A stretch of 64,000 nucleotides of DNA from an uncultured bacterium (GTDB taxonomy: Bacteria > RBG-13-66-14): the NCBI GenBank assembly GCA_964436465.1, contig CAYTCV010000002.1, positions 34,345 to 98,344 of the forward strand, read 5' to 3'. The position numbers and the translations under genes are program-made. Below, piece after piece: positions 47,983 through 56,853 of this stretch. The notes beneath the pieces are model-generated. The model saw nothing but the letters and a program-made list of their open reading frames with translations. It did not search any database and had not been told where the DNA came from. Each line of letters begins with the position of its first letter. The first letter of the stretch is position 1.

Positions 47983-49804
47983 GGCCTTCCCCGTCCATCA
48001 TTTCCAGGATGAGTCGGACCACCCTTTTCGCCCCGCCGCCGTCCGCCGCACACTCGTGGCGGGCGATGTACTCCTCGCGACCCCGGGCCAGCTCCTGAGC
48101 GACTTCGCCGTCGATTACCCGTTTTATCATCTCCGCCGTCCGCTCCGCGTCCCCGGCCCGGAGAACCGCCCCCGAATCCACGTAGGGTAGTACCGAGGGC
48201 TCTTCGCCGGTCTTGAACACCACCACCGGCCGCCCCAGCATAATCGCCTCCACGCCCACGGTGGAGAAGGCCGTGAGGATGACGTCCGCGGAGGCGAGCA
48301 GGCCGTACAAATCGAGCTTTTTCATCAGGAGCGCGTCCCGGGGTGCCCCGAGCTCGCTCAGAATCAGGCGAAGGTCGTCCAGATTTTCCCGGGGGTGCGG
48401 CTTGATTAAAACCCGAAGCCCCGGGAGCCGTCTGCCGGCGAGGAACGCCCCCCGCAGCATCTCCCGGCGTATATCCTCGGTGAGCGCGACGTCGGGTGGC
48501 TGGGTGATGACGACCAGCAGGCGTTCCGGGGTCTCCGCTTTACCGGGTTCCTTCTCACGGTACCGGACCAGCCCGTCGAAGGAGGGTTGGCCGGTGACGG
48601 TTATCTTCTCGCTGGGAATCCCGTTCCCGGCGTAGATGCCCTCCGAGTACATCCCGCTCACCGCCAGCCTGTCCGCCTCCAGGCGCCCGAAAAGCGGCGA
48701 GTCCCATATCATGTCGTGGGATTCGAGCGCCAGGCTGGGAATCTCCCTCTCGGCGGCCATGCGGAAGGCCAGGTTGACCAGCTCGTTGCGCTCCGTCAGA
48801 CAGACGAGTACCCCCGGCTGCACCGCTTCGATTAGCTCCTCGAGAGCCGCCGCCCGGGGAATCAGCCTCCAGAAGAGCTGCGCAATCACGCTCGCGAGCG
48901 TGCCCCGGGCGAACCCGCCCAGGTCCAGCCCCCTCCACGGCAGTCGGGGCAGGATGCCGGGCAGTTCCGGTCCGATATCGCGATAATCCCGGTAGGTCCC
49001 GAGCCAGTTACCGAGGCGCTTCGGCCTAAGCCATGCGTCGAGGCTGTAACGGCGGACGGCGGGGGGAAGCTCGCGGTGGTCCACCCGGTACGTCGCCGCC
49101 AGCCCGAAACGCACCCCCTCGGGAATCCCGTCCAGAATCGGCCGCCAGGTCGCCCTCTCGGAGGGAAGGGTCGTCAGAATCAGGCAGTCGACGGGGGCGG
49201 AGCTCCCTCTCCCACCACGGAACTTAAGGAGCGACGACGCCAGCCTGAGCCGGCGGGCCAACCCCTCGTTCAGGGGGATACGCCGTTGCCTGCCGACCCT
49301 GAAGATGCGCAGGCGGCGGGTGAAGGAGGTGGGGGCGGCGCCTGGTGCATTGAAGGGGACGTTTCTGCTTCGGCTGACCTCGTCGAGAATCCCGGCCAGG
49401 AGTCCTTCCCCACCCAGAAGGGTCGCCGCGTACGAGCTCTCCGTCAGTGCCGCGTCCAGAATCGCTGCGCCCAGGCACGCCCGGCGCAGGTGGTACCAGT
49501 AGAATATATGCCAGATGACCCGCGTCACATCGTCCCGGCCGAGGGCCTCGAACACGCGGTTGGTGAGCTCCTTGGCTTCGGCGTCGACCTGCCGGATTCC
49601 CTCCCGCCCCAGAAGCGCTTCGGAGGTCGTCACGGCTGCGCCTTTGTCTCGGCAGACCTTCAGCAACGACTCGCCGAGCACACCCGGGAGGAGGTCCGTC
49701 ACCGTCGGTTCGCGGTTCAGTCGTCTCTGACGGTCAATCTCCCGTTCGAGCACCCTCGGGGAGACGAATCCGGCCAGACCTACGAGGGATGGCGCTTTAA
49801 TCAT
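47969..49804 (-). CDS. GT-B polysaccharide biosynthesis protein, candidate nonulosonate (sialyl-type) transferase
   Basis: ITVTGQPSFD, IKPHPRE, STVGVEAIMLGRPV; ATG 49804 overlaps the flippase stop; lies next to the neu genes. Confidence 0.6.
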   Translation of the reverse strand: MIKAPSLVGLAGFVSPRVLEREIDRQRRLNREPTVTDLLPGVLGESLLKVCRDKGAAVTTSEALLGREGIRQVDAEAKELTNRVFEALGRDDVTRVIWHIFYWYHLRRACLGAAILDAALTESSYAATLLGGEGLLAGILDEVSRSRNVPFNAPGAAPTSFTRRLRIFRVGRQRRIPLNEGLARRLRLASSLLKFRGGRGSSAPVDCLILTTLPSERATWRPILDGIPEGVRFGLAATYRVDHRELPPAVRRYSLDAWLRPKRLGNWLGTYRDYRDIGPELPGILPRLPWRGLDLGGFARGTLASVIAQLFWRLIPRAAALEELIEAVQPGVLVCLTERNELVNLAFRMAAEREIPSLALESHDMIWDSPLFGRLEADRLAVSGMYSEGIYAGNGIPSEKITVTGQPSFDGLVRYREKEPGKAETPERLLVVITQPPDVALTEDIRREMLRGAFLAGRRLPGLRVLIKPHPRENLDDLRLILSELGAPRDALLMKKLDLYGLLASADVILTAFSTVGVEAIMLGRPVVVFKTGEEPSVLPYVDSGAVLRAGDAERTAEMIKRVIDGEVAQELARGREEYIARHECAADGGGAKRVVRLILEMMDGEGRAGI

Positions 49805-51341
49805 CGAGCTCACCGCGGGGCTGGAAGAGGCGTTCACGGACCCGGGTCCGGAGCATTTTTAAAAGCCCCAGACGGCGCTCGCCGTAGACGATGAGAGGCA
49901 GCGCGAGGACGAGGAAGGCGCCGGTTCCGGTTGCCAGGCGTAAAAGAGCCGACCAATGCTCGATGTATGTCAGGCCGTATTTCAGCCCTTCGACGAGCGC
50001 GCCGACGTAACCCAGAGGCAGGAGGAGTCGCAGGAGGAAGCCCAGCCGCTCTCCCAGTTTCATCCCCACCTCTTTTGCGGCGAAGTAGTTGACGAGGAGG
50101 GCGTTCGCGATGATGACGCCGGTGCTCGCCAGCACGATGGACCAGCTGGAGCCGTAGCGGAACAGGGCCAGGGTGCAGGCTGCGACGGCCAGGAGCAGGA
50201 TGCCGAGCTGCATCCCAATCCACAGCCCGACACGCCGTCGGTCGATGAGGAGGTTTATGAGGGTGTTCCCGGCGATGGTGATGATGGCGTAGAAGGCCAT
50301 CCGGGGTGCGTAGAGGTCTATGAGAGACAGAGTCGGGGCGTAATTCGGCAGCCACGCCGCCAGAACCGTCCTCGCGCCTATGACCGCCAGTCCGGCCAAC
50401 AGGGCACTCACGTACGCGGTCGCCTCGGTGTAGCTCACCAGACGGCGCCGGAGCTCCCCGATTTCACCGGCGCCGGTGCTCCTCGCCAGTTCCGGGTTGA
50501 GGACGACGCCGAGCTTGCCCGGGACCAGGATGACGAGCATCCCCACGGTGGCCGCCAGGTTCAGGAACCCGCGGTCCACCCCGCCGATGAACCGGGCGAT
50601 GAACAGTTTGTCGATGCTCTCCAGGCCGAAACGCAGGAACACGACGATGGTCAGCGGGAGCCCGATGCGTATCAGCCGGCCGATTTTCGACCAATCGAGG
50701 CGGGGTACCAATCGAAACTGGTGGGGATAACCGGTCAGGCGGCTGTAGATAACGACGAAAACGGCTTCCACGATGACGAGGGCCCCGGCGGCGCCGAGAA
50801 TCCCGAAGAGCTGGGCCCCGAGAAGGGTGAGGCCGACGGACGACAGGATGTAGAAAAATTCCAGAATGGCCAGGAAGCGGAACCGCCCCTCGGCCTGGTA
50901 GTAGTTCGTCAAAACGGCCGTCAGATTCCTTAAGGGAACCAGGGCCGCTCCCGCGCCGAGGATGACGAACCCGAGGAGCGTGCCTTCTTGGATTTGGGTC
51001 CAGCCGAGGAGGAAGGCTACGATGATGGCCACGAGGCCCATCAGGAGCACGAAACCCAGGGAGGAGTTGCGCAGGTCGGCGATTTCCTCCTCCGAAGTCC
51101 CCGCCCCCCGCAGGTACGGAATCTGGCGGTAGATGCCCAGCGTCACGCCGAGATGGGCGTAGGCTCCGTAGCCGATGATGAGGTTGATGACGAGGAGCAG
51201 CCCGTAGTTTGCCGGATTGTCGATGATTTTCGGCAGGAGGAGGGCGCGCAGGATGCTCAGGCCGGCGGTAACCAGACCGGCGGCGGACATCCAGAATGTG
51301 TCGCTCCAGAGGCGGCTCGCCTTGACCTTAACCGTGGGCAA
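49797..51341 (-). CDS. wzx: Wzx oligosaccharide flippase (start uncertain)
   Basis: About 12-14 TM helices; GLPLTI...L....DKLFI..F.G pattern; TTG 51341 follows GAGG. Confidence 0.8.
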   Translation of the reverse strand: MPTVKVKASRLWSDTFWMSAAGLVTAGLSILRALLLPKIIDNPANYGLLLVINLIIGYGAYAHLGVTLGIYRQIPYLRGAGTSEEEIADLRNSSLGFVLLMGLVAIIVAFLLGWTQIQEGTLLGFVILGAGAALVPLRNLTAVLTNYYQAEGRFRFLAILEFFYILSSVGLTLLGAQLFGILGAAGALVIVEAVFVVIYSRLTGYPHQFRLVPRLDWSKIGRLIRIGLPLTIVVFLRFGLESIDKLFIARFIGGVDRGFLNLAATVGMLVILVPGKLGVVLNPELARSTGAGEIGELRRRLVSYTEATAYVSALLAGLAVIGARTVLAAWLPNYAPTLSLIDLYAPRMAFYAIITIAGNTLINLLIDRRRVGLWIGMQLGILLLAVAACTLALFRYGSSWSIVLASTGVIIANALLVNYFAAKEVGMKLGERLGFLLRLLLPLGYVGALVEGLKYGLTYIEHWSALLRLATGTGAFLVLALPLIVYGERRLGLLKMLRTRVRERLFQPRGELDD

Positions 51342-51437
51342 TCCCGGCCTCAATCGTGGGATTCCCCGGGATGCCGGCCCCCGGGGAAAAAACGGCCGAA
51401 AGCGGTCTCCCGGCTTCCGGCTCAAAGATTCTGAGGG

Positions 51438-52982
51438 TTACTCCCATTCTCTGCGTAACTCGGTCAACCGTCGGTTTACCTCTTCCCCGTGCGCTACGAG
51501 GCGTTTCAGCGTCGCGGCTACCCGGCGGACGTCCCCCTCCTCCTGATGGGAGTAGAGCGGGAGGCAGAGTACGCCGTCGGCGAGCTTCTCGGTGACCTTC
51601 AGCGGTCCGTCCGTCCGGGACAGGCCGGCGAAGCGGCGCTGGAGGTGCAGCGGCGGCGAGAAATACTTCTTGGTGCCGATGTTTTCCGCGGCGAGCCCCT
51701 CGGCGAGGTCGTCGCGCGTCATCCCCGCTTTGGCGGAATCCACGACGACGGCCAGGTCCTTGAACGTGGAAACGGCGCCCGGCGGCAACTTCTGGAAACC
51801 CAGGCCGGAGGTGTCTCCCAGTTCGTCGCGGTAGACCTGGACCAGCCGGCGGCGGGCCTGGAGATTCTGCTCCAGGTGCCGGAGGGAGGCTCTCCCCAAC
51901 ACGGCGTTGAACTCGCTCAGCCTGCCGTTCAATCCCCGGGTGGGGTCGGTGGCCGAGTCCAGGATGCCGAGGTTCCGGCGGCGCCGCAGGTCGGCGGCGG
52001 TCGCCTCCTCGCGACAGACGACCAGGCCGCCTTCCCCGGACGTGACCGGCTTGGTGGGCGAGAGGGAAAAGACCTCGATGTCGCCGAAGCGCCCGGCCGG
52101 CGTGCCGTCCTGTTCGGCGCCGAAGGCGTGGGCGGCGTCGAGAATCAGCGGGAGCCCGTGAGCGTCGGCCAATCTGCGCAGCTCGGCCACCGGGGGTGGG
52201 CAGCCGAAGACGTACACGCCGACGATAGCTTTTGTCTTGTCCCCGACGGCCCGTTCCACCGCTCCAGCGTCCACGTTGAAATCTTCGACCCTGGCGTCCA
52301 CGAATACCGGCGTCAGACCGTTCCACGTCGCCGCGAGACCCGTGGCGAAGTAGGTGAAACCGGGCATGACCACCTCGCCCGGTGGTTCGATGCGGGAGAG
52401 GGCCAGGACCAATCCCGTGGTGCAGTTCGAAACGGCGACCACCTTCTCCGGTTCCGTCCCCATCCACGCCGCAGCTTCCCGCTCGAAGGCCTGCACCTGC
52501 GGGCCGTTCGTAATGATGCCGCTCGCGAGTACGCGCTCCAGCTCGCCGGAAATCTCCTCGAACGCGGGCAGGGTGGGTCGCGCCACCGGGATGGGCTCCC
52601 GGAATGCGGGCGCTCCGCCCAGAATGGCCGGTCGGTCCATTCCCGACAGGTCGGCCGGGGTCAAAAACCGAGTGGGTTTCCCGTCCTCCAGGAACGGGAT
52701 GAGCTTGATTCCACGGGCCTCAGCGACCCGGGCGAGCCCGGCGCGGTCGTACCCCGTCGTTGCCGTCAACGGCTCGCGGCAGTACAGCTTCTCAACCGGG
52801 ACATCCTGACCGCCCCCTCCGAGCAGGTGGCGTCGGACGTCGCCGTCGGTGAGCGTGCCCAGCAGCCTGCCGTCGGTATCCACCACCAGCGCCATTCCCA
52901 GCCGTCCGGCGTCGATAACTTCCATCGCCCGGCGCAGCCCGTCGGCGGGGGACAGGAAGAGCTTCTTCAGTGGCGTCACCAT
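51438..52982 (-). CDS. CBS-pair + DegT/DnrJ/EryC1/StrS aminotransferase fusion
   Basis: CBS LVVDTDGRLLGTLTDGDVRR; aminotransferase AVSNCTTGL, DAAHAFG, SLSPTKPVTSGEGG (PLP Lys). Confidence 0.85.
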   Translation of the reverse strand: MVTPLKKLFLSPADGLRRAMEVIDAGRLGMALVVDTDGRLLGTLTDGDVRRHLLGGGGQDVPVEKLYCREPLTATTGYDRAGLARVAEARGIKLIPFLEDGKPTRFLTPADLSGMDRPAILGGAPAFREPIPVARPTLPAFEEISGELERVLASGIITNGPQVQAFEREAAAWMGTEPEKVVAVSNCTTGLVLALSRIEPPGEVVMPGFTYFATGLAATWNGLTPVFVDARVEDFNVDAGAVERAVGDKTKAIVGVYVFGCPPPVAELRRLADAHGLPLILDAAHAFGAEQDGTPAGRFGDIEVFSLSPTKPVTSGEGGLVVCREEATAADLRRRRNLGILDSATDPTRGLNGRLSEFNAVLGRASLRHLEQNLQARRRLVQVYRDELGDTSGLGFQKLPPGAVSTFKDLAVVVDSAKAGMTRDDLAEGLAAENIGTKKYFSPPLHLQRRFAGLSRTDGPLKVTEKLADGVLCLPLYSHQEEGDVRRVAATLKRLVAHGEEVNRRLTELRREWE

Positions 52983-52995
52983 CGCACCTCTCGGG

Positions 52996-54156
52996 TTAAC
53001 CGCGGAGTGTTTTATCCAGGAGGGTATCGTCGGTAGGTGTTTTCAAGATTATCTCTAGCGCCCGGGACGCCGTGCCGCCGTCGCCGTAGGGTGAGGGCCG
53101 CCGGAGGAACCGTTCGCGGATGCCCGCCTCGGCGAGGATTTTCCCGAGTGCCGTCCGCGCTCCTCCGGGCTCCGCGTCGGTGTCGAGAACGTTGGCTCCG
53201 CGCTCGCGGCCCCCCTGCCTCGGCCCGACGTTGACCGCCGGCGTTCCCATGACGGAGCATTCGATGAGGCCCGCCGAGGAGTTGCCGACGAGGGCCCGCG
53301 TCCGGCGCAGGATTTCGGTGAACGATTCCGGCGCCAGGCTGGCGTGGAGCGCGCGGTGCGGTCCACGCCCCACCCACCGTTCCAACTCCTCGACAATCGG
53401 CCGTCCACCGGCGTCGGCGTTGGGGTGGAGGGCGAGGACGGGGAGCGAGGCGGCGTCCAGCGCCTCCAGGCACGCCGCGAGTCCTTTCGCCGTTTTCTCC
53501 GGCTCTCCGGGCAGGGGGTGGTACACCAGGACCAGGAAATCTCCGTCCAGGTCCAGGCCCACGCGCTCAATCAGGGCGCGGAGCTCTTCGGGGCCGAGGG
53601 GCCGGCTTGAGAGGGCGCGGTCGGCCGCCAGGGAGCCCACCTGGTGCACACGCCATGTCTCCTCCCCCCACTTAAGCAGCCTATCCGCCGCGGACCGGGT
53701 GGCGGGAAACAGCAGATGGGCCAGTCGGCTGACGGCGTGCCGGGGTCCGTCGTCCACCAGGGACAGGTCCCCGGCGTGGAACTGGGCCAGAGGGACGCGG
53801 CAGTACCACGCCGCCACGGCGGCGCCCAGCACCTCGACCCGGTCCCCCAGCACCACGAGCCAGTCCGGTCTCTCCCGCCGCCAGAGGTGTGCCAGTTCAC
53901 CGGTCACGCGGGAGGCCAGAGCCGCCATGCCCGCCGGGGTGTCGTCGTCCTCGGCCACCGGGGCCAGGGTCAGCGGCTCGAACCCGTCCCGGCGGATTTT
54001 CTCCACCGTCATCCCGCGGGAGGGGGAGAGGTGCCCGGCCGCCGCGTAGAGGACCAGCTCCGCTTTCGGCTCCTCCGCTACCCGCCGGATGAAGGGGCGG
54101 AGCAGGCCGTAATCGGAGCGGCAACCGGTGAGGATGGCGATTCGCCGGCGCGTCAA
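52996..54156 (-). CDS. neuC: UDP-GlcNAc 2-epimerase (hydrolysing), NeuC/LegG type
   Basis: TGCRSDYGLL, LGDRVE, HAGD, PNADAG, VGNSSAGLIE, YGDG. Confidence 0.88.
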   Translation of the reverse strand: MTRRRIAILTGCRSDYGLLRPFIRRVAEEPKAELVLYAAAGHLSPSRGMTVEKIRRDGFEPLTLAPVAEDDDTPAGMAALASRVTGELAHLWRRERPDWLVVLGDRVEVLGAAVAAWYCRVPLAQFHAGDLSLVDDGPRHAVSRLAHLLFPATRSAADRLLKWGEETWRVHQVGSLAADRALSSRPLGPEELRALIERVGLDLDGDFLVLVYHPLPGEPEKTAKGLAACLEALDAASLPVLALHPNADAGGRPIVEELERWVGRGPHRALHASLAPESFTEILRRTRALVGNSSAGLIECSVMGTPAVNVGPRQGGRERGANVLDTDAEPGGARTALGKILAEAGIRERFLRRPSPYGDGGTASRALEIILKTPTDDTLLDKTLRG

Positions 54157-54157
54157 A

Positions 54158-54982
54158 TCAGGGCTTCTTAATGTAGAGCCCGCCGACGAGCCGCCGCTTG
54201 ACGACGTAGGTGCCGTGTTTGGCGATGTGCGCCTCGGCGGCGTGGAAAATCAGGTCCAGGAGGTCGTCGCGTGTGCGTGCGTCGGTGGCCAGGAGCCCGT
54301 AGAGCTTTCCGGTCGCGTAGAATTCGACCACGTCCTGGGGCCGGGGAAAGCTCAGGTCGTTGGCGAATTCGACCCGCTTGCCGAGGCCGAGCCTTTCGTC
54401 CAGCAGCGGCAGGACCTCGGAGGTCAAGTCCCTTCCCCGGGCGGCCATCTCGGCGGTGGGGTGCTCCCCAACCAGCTCCCAGTGCATCTGCATGAACTCG
54501 GCCTGGTCGTCGTGAGCGGAGCCGGTGACAAGCAGACGGCCGTTGGGGTGGAGCACGCGCACGATTTCCCTCATGGCCAGGTCGAGGTCGGGCAGGATGG
54601 TGAGGGTGAAATTGGCCACGGCCGCGTCGTAGGAACCGTCGGTCCAGGGCCAGGGGGCTTCCCACCGCCAGAGGTCGAAGGAGACGGGCAGGTCGCCCTT
54701 GTCGAGGGCGTCCCAGGCCGCCGCGTAGTCCGGCTCGTTGTCGATTCCCTTGGCGTGGCCGTCCGGCGCCACCGCCCGGGCGAGCGGTATAGTTATCTGC
54801 CCCACTCCGCAGCCGATGTCTATGACCCTCTCCCCCGAGGCCAGCCCCAGGTTGGCGATGGTCCAGACGGCGAGGTCCGCGTTTCCGAAACGCTGGTGGA
54901 TGGAGGCGACGCTCCTGCACCGGATGGCTTCGGTGGGCAGCGAATCGGGCGCGGTATCGTAGATTTCGTACTCCACGCTCAC
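54158..54982 (-). CDS. Class I SAM-dependent methyltransferase
   Basis: VIDIGCGVG motif I, SYDAAVANF, RVLHPNGRL. Confidence 0.82.
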   Translation of the reverse strand: MSVEYEIYDTAPDSLPTEAIRCRSVASIHQRFGNADLAVWTIANLGLASGERVIDIGCGVGQITIPLARAVAPDGHAKGIDNEPDYAAAWDALDKGDLPVSFDLWRWEAPWPWTDGSYDAAVANFTLTILPDLDLAMREIVRVLHPNGRLLVTGSAHDDQAEFMQMHWELVGEHPTAEMAARGRDLTSEVLPLLDERLGLGKRVEFANDLSFPRPQDVVEFYATGKLYGLLATDARTRDDLLDLIFHAAEAHIAKHGTYVVKRRLVGGLYIKKP

Positions 54983-55004
54983 CCCTTTAAAAAGAAGGCT
55001 TCGA

Positions 55005-56045
55005 TTACTCCAGGTCGTCGTCGGTCAGGGGTTGGTCAAATTCCAGGGTGTCTCTCAATCTTCGCCCGTACAGGCGTTCGACCCCGCGGGGGTCCAGGCC
55101 CACCGCCGGCCGTTTGGCGGCTAAATCCCCCGGGACCAGGCGGTGACCCGCCGGGAGCCTGCGCGTCGTCCGGAGGCCCTTCCGCGAGACGGAGCGGGTA
55201 TCCTCCTCGGAGGGGGTGGAGCGCTTCCGGCCATCGCCCAGAATGCGCTCCGTCGCGCGTATTCCGGTGACGAGCTCCCGGAATCCGGCCGGGTCCAGGC
55301 TGGCCGCGTGGTCGGGGCCGATTCCTTCCCGGTTAAGGGTGAAGTGCTTCTCCACGGCGCAGGCGCCCAGAGCCACGGCCAGGCAGGCGGTCTGGAAGCC
55401 GGGGCTGTGGTCGGAGAGGCCCACGGGACGGTCGAAGCGTTCGCGCAGGGCCGTCAGGGCGCGCAGGTTCATCTCCTCCACCGGGGCGGGGTACGCGCTG
55501 GTGCAGTGGAAGAGGAGAGTTTCCGCCCCCTCCAGACGGTCCACGGCCCAGGCGACGTCATCCAGATTCGCCATCCCGGTGGAGACCATGAGCGGGAGGC
55601 CGGTTTCGCGCGCGGCGTCCAGCACGAAGGGGTCGGTGAGCTCGCCGGAGCCGATTTTGAGCACCGGCACGCCCAGTTCCGCGGCGGCGCGCACGTCTCC
55701 CGGGGAGAAGGCCGAGAGGATGAAGTCCAGGCCCAGCCCGTCGCAACGGGATTTCACCCGGGCGAAGTCCCGAATGGAGAGCTTCAGTTTTTCCAGCATG
55801 GCCCGCTGGTCCTTACCACCGGCGCTGCGCTCCTGATAGCGTGCCAGGGGCGCATCGGCGGCGACGAGGTCCGCGGGGGTGAAGAGCTGGAACTTGACCG
55901 CGTCGGCCCCGCATTCCCCGGCGGCGGTGGCGATGTCCAGGGCCTTCTCCGGGTCGCCGTCGTGGTTCACCCCGCCCTCGGCTACGATATACACCGGCTC
56001 GCCGGGTCCCAACGGACGGTCGCCTACCCGGAAGGCGGCTACCAT
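55005..56045 (-). CDS. neuB: N-acetylneuraminate/legionaminate synthase with SAF domain
   Basis: IVAEGGVNHDG, DAVKFQ, KIGSGE, STGMA, HCTSAYPAP, GLSDHS, EKHFTL. Confidence 0.92.
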   Translation of the reverse strand: MVAAFRVGDRPLGPGEPVYIVAEGGVNHDGDPEKALDIATAAGECGADAVKFQLFTPADLVAADAPLARYQERSAGGKDQRAMLEKLKLSIRDFARVKSRCDGLGLDFILSAFSPGDVRAAAELGVPVLKIGSGELTDPFVLDAARETGLPLMVSTGMANLDDVAWAVDRLEGAETLLFHCTSAYPAPVEEMNLRALTALRERFDRPVGLSDHSPGFQTACLAVALGACAVEKHFTLNREGIGPDHAASLDPAGFRELVTGIRATERILGDGRKRSTPSEEDTRSVSRKGLRTTRRLPAGHRLVPGDLAAKRPAVGLDPRGVERLYGRRLRDTLEFDQPLTDDDLE

Positions 56046-56734
56046 CTCGCGGCCCTCTTGGCGTGGATGAGACCGGCCTCGGCCACCGCCATGTCCCAGG
56101 CGTCGTCCACGTCCACCGACTCCCGGGGTTCCATCACGAAGGCGGCGCAGCGGTCGCCGAGGATGCGGTCGTCGGCCAGGAGCGTCGGGGAGGTCACGTA
56201 AATCGCCCCGTTGGGGTAGTAAAATACGGGCAGCTCCTGCCGGCGGCCGGGTCGGTCCCGCTCGACGGGCTCGGCCAGCCCGTCGCTGACGCGGTAGGTC
56301 CAGGCCGGATTCTGGCGCATGGGGGTCAGCGAAACCAGGGAATCGAACCCCCCGCTCATGAGCCGGTCCAGCGCGGCGTCCAGATGGGCCGCGGTCCTCA
56401 GCGGCGAGGTCGGCTGCAGGAGCACCACCCAATCCGGCGCGTACCCCTCGTCGGCATGCAGGCTGGCCAGGGCGTGCTGGAGGACCTCCAGGGAGGTGGC
56501 CTCGTCGCCCGCCAGCTCTGCGGGACGCCGGAAGGGGACTTCGAGACCCAGGCGGCGCCCCAGGCTCGCGATTTCATCATCCTCGGTGGAGAGGACCGCC
56601 CGCAGGGGATGGACGGCCCCCAGGACGCAGTCGGCCGTGTAAGCCAAAAGCGGCCTCCCCCCCAGGGGGGCGATATTCTTCCGCTCCAGGCCCTTGGATG
56701 AGCCCCGGGCGGGGATGACGGCGAGAATCTCCAT
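56039..56734 (-). CDS. neuA: Acylneuraminate cytidylyltransferase
   Basis: IPARGSSKGLERKN, RPAELAGD, LQPTSPLR, NGAIY, SVDVD. Confidence 0.92.
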   Translation of the reverse strand: MEILAVIPARGSSKGLERKNIAPLGGRPLLAYTADCVLGAVHPLRAVLSTEDDEIASLGRRLGLEVPFRRPAELAGDEATSLEVLQHALASLHADEGYAPDWVVLLQPTSPLRTAAHLDAALDRLMSGGFDSLVSLTPMRQNPAWTYRVSDGLAEPVERDRPGRRQELPVFYYPNGAIYVTSPTLLADDRILGDRCAAFVMEPRESVDVDDAWDMAVAEAGLIHAKRAARW

Positions 56735-56788
56735 GCCCCTCTCAACGGCCCCGCGGCACCCGGGGCTGGATTATCCTGGTGATGATAC

Positions 56789-56820
56789 AAAAAGGGCGTC
56801 CCGCCCGCAAGACCGCCCTT
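56789..56820 (-). terminator. Possible terminator between the dehydrogenase and neuA
   Basis: AAGGGCG/GTC..GAC/GCCCTT hairpin plus T run on the minus strand. Confidence 0.5.
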
Positions 56821-56853
56821 CCCGCCGCTTTCTCAGCCTTCGATGTGAAGGGG

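Noticed and set aside
51489-53036. 515-aa plus-strand ORF and similar long Arg/Pro/Gly-rich ORFs throughout the track
   Set aside because: They fully overlap motif-supported genes in other frames or strands and have no recognisable domains.
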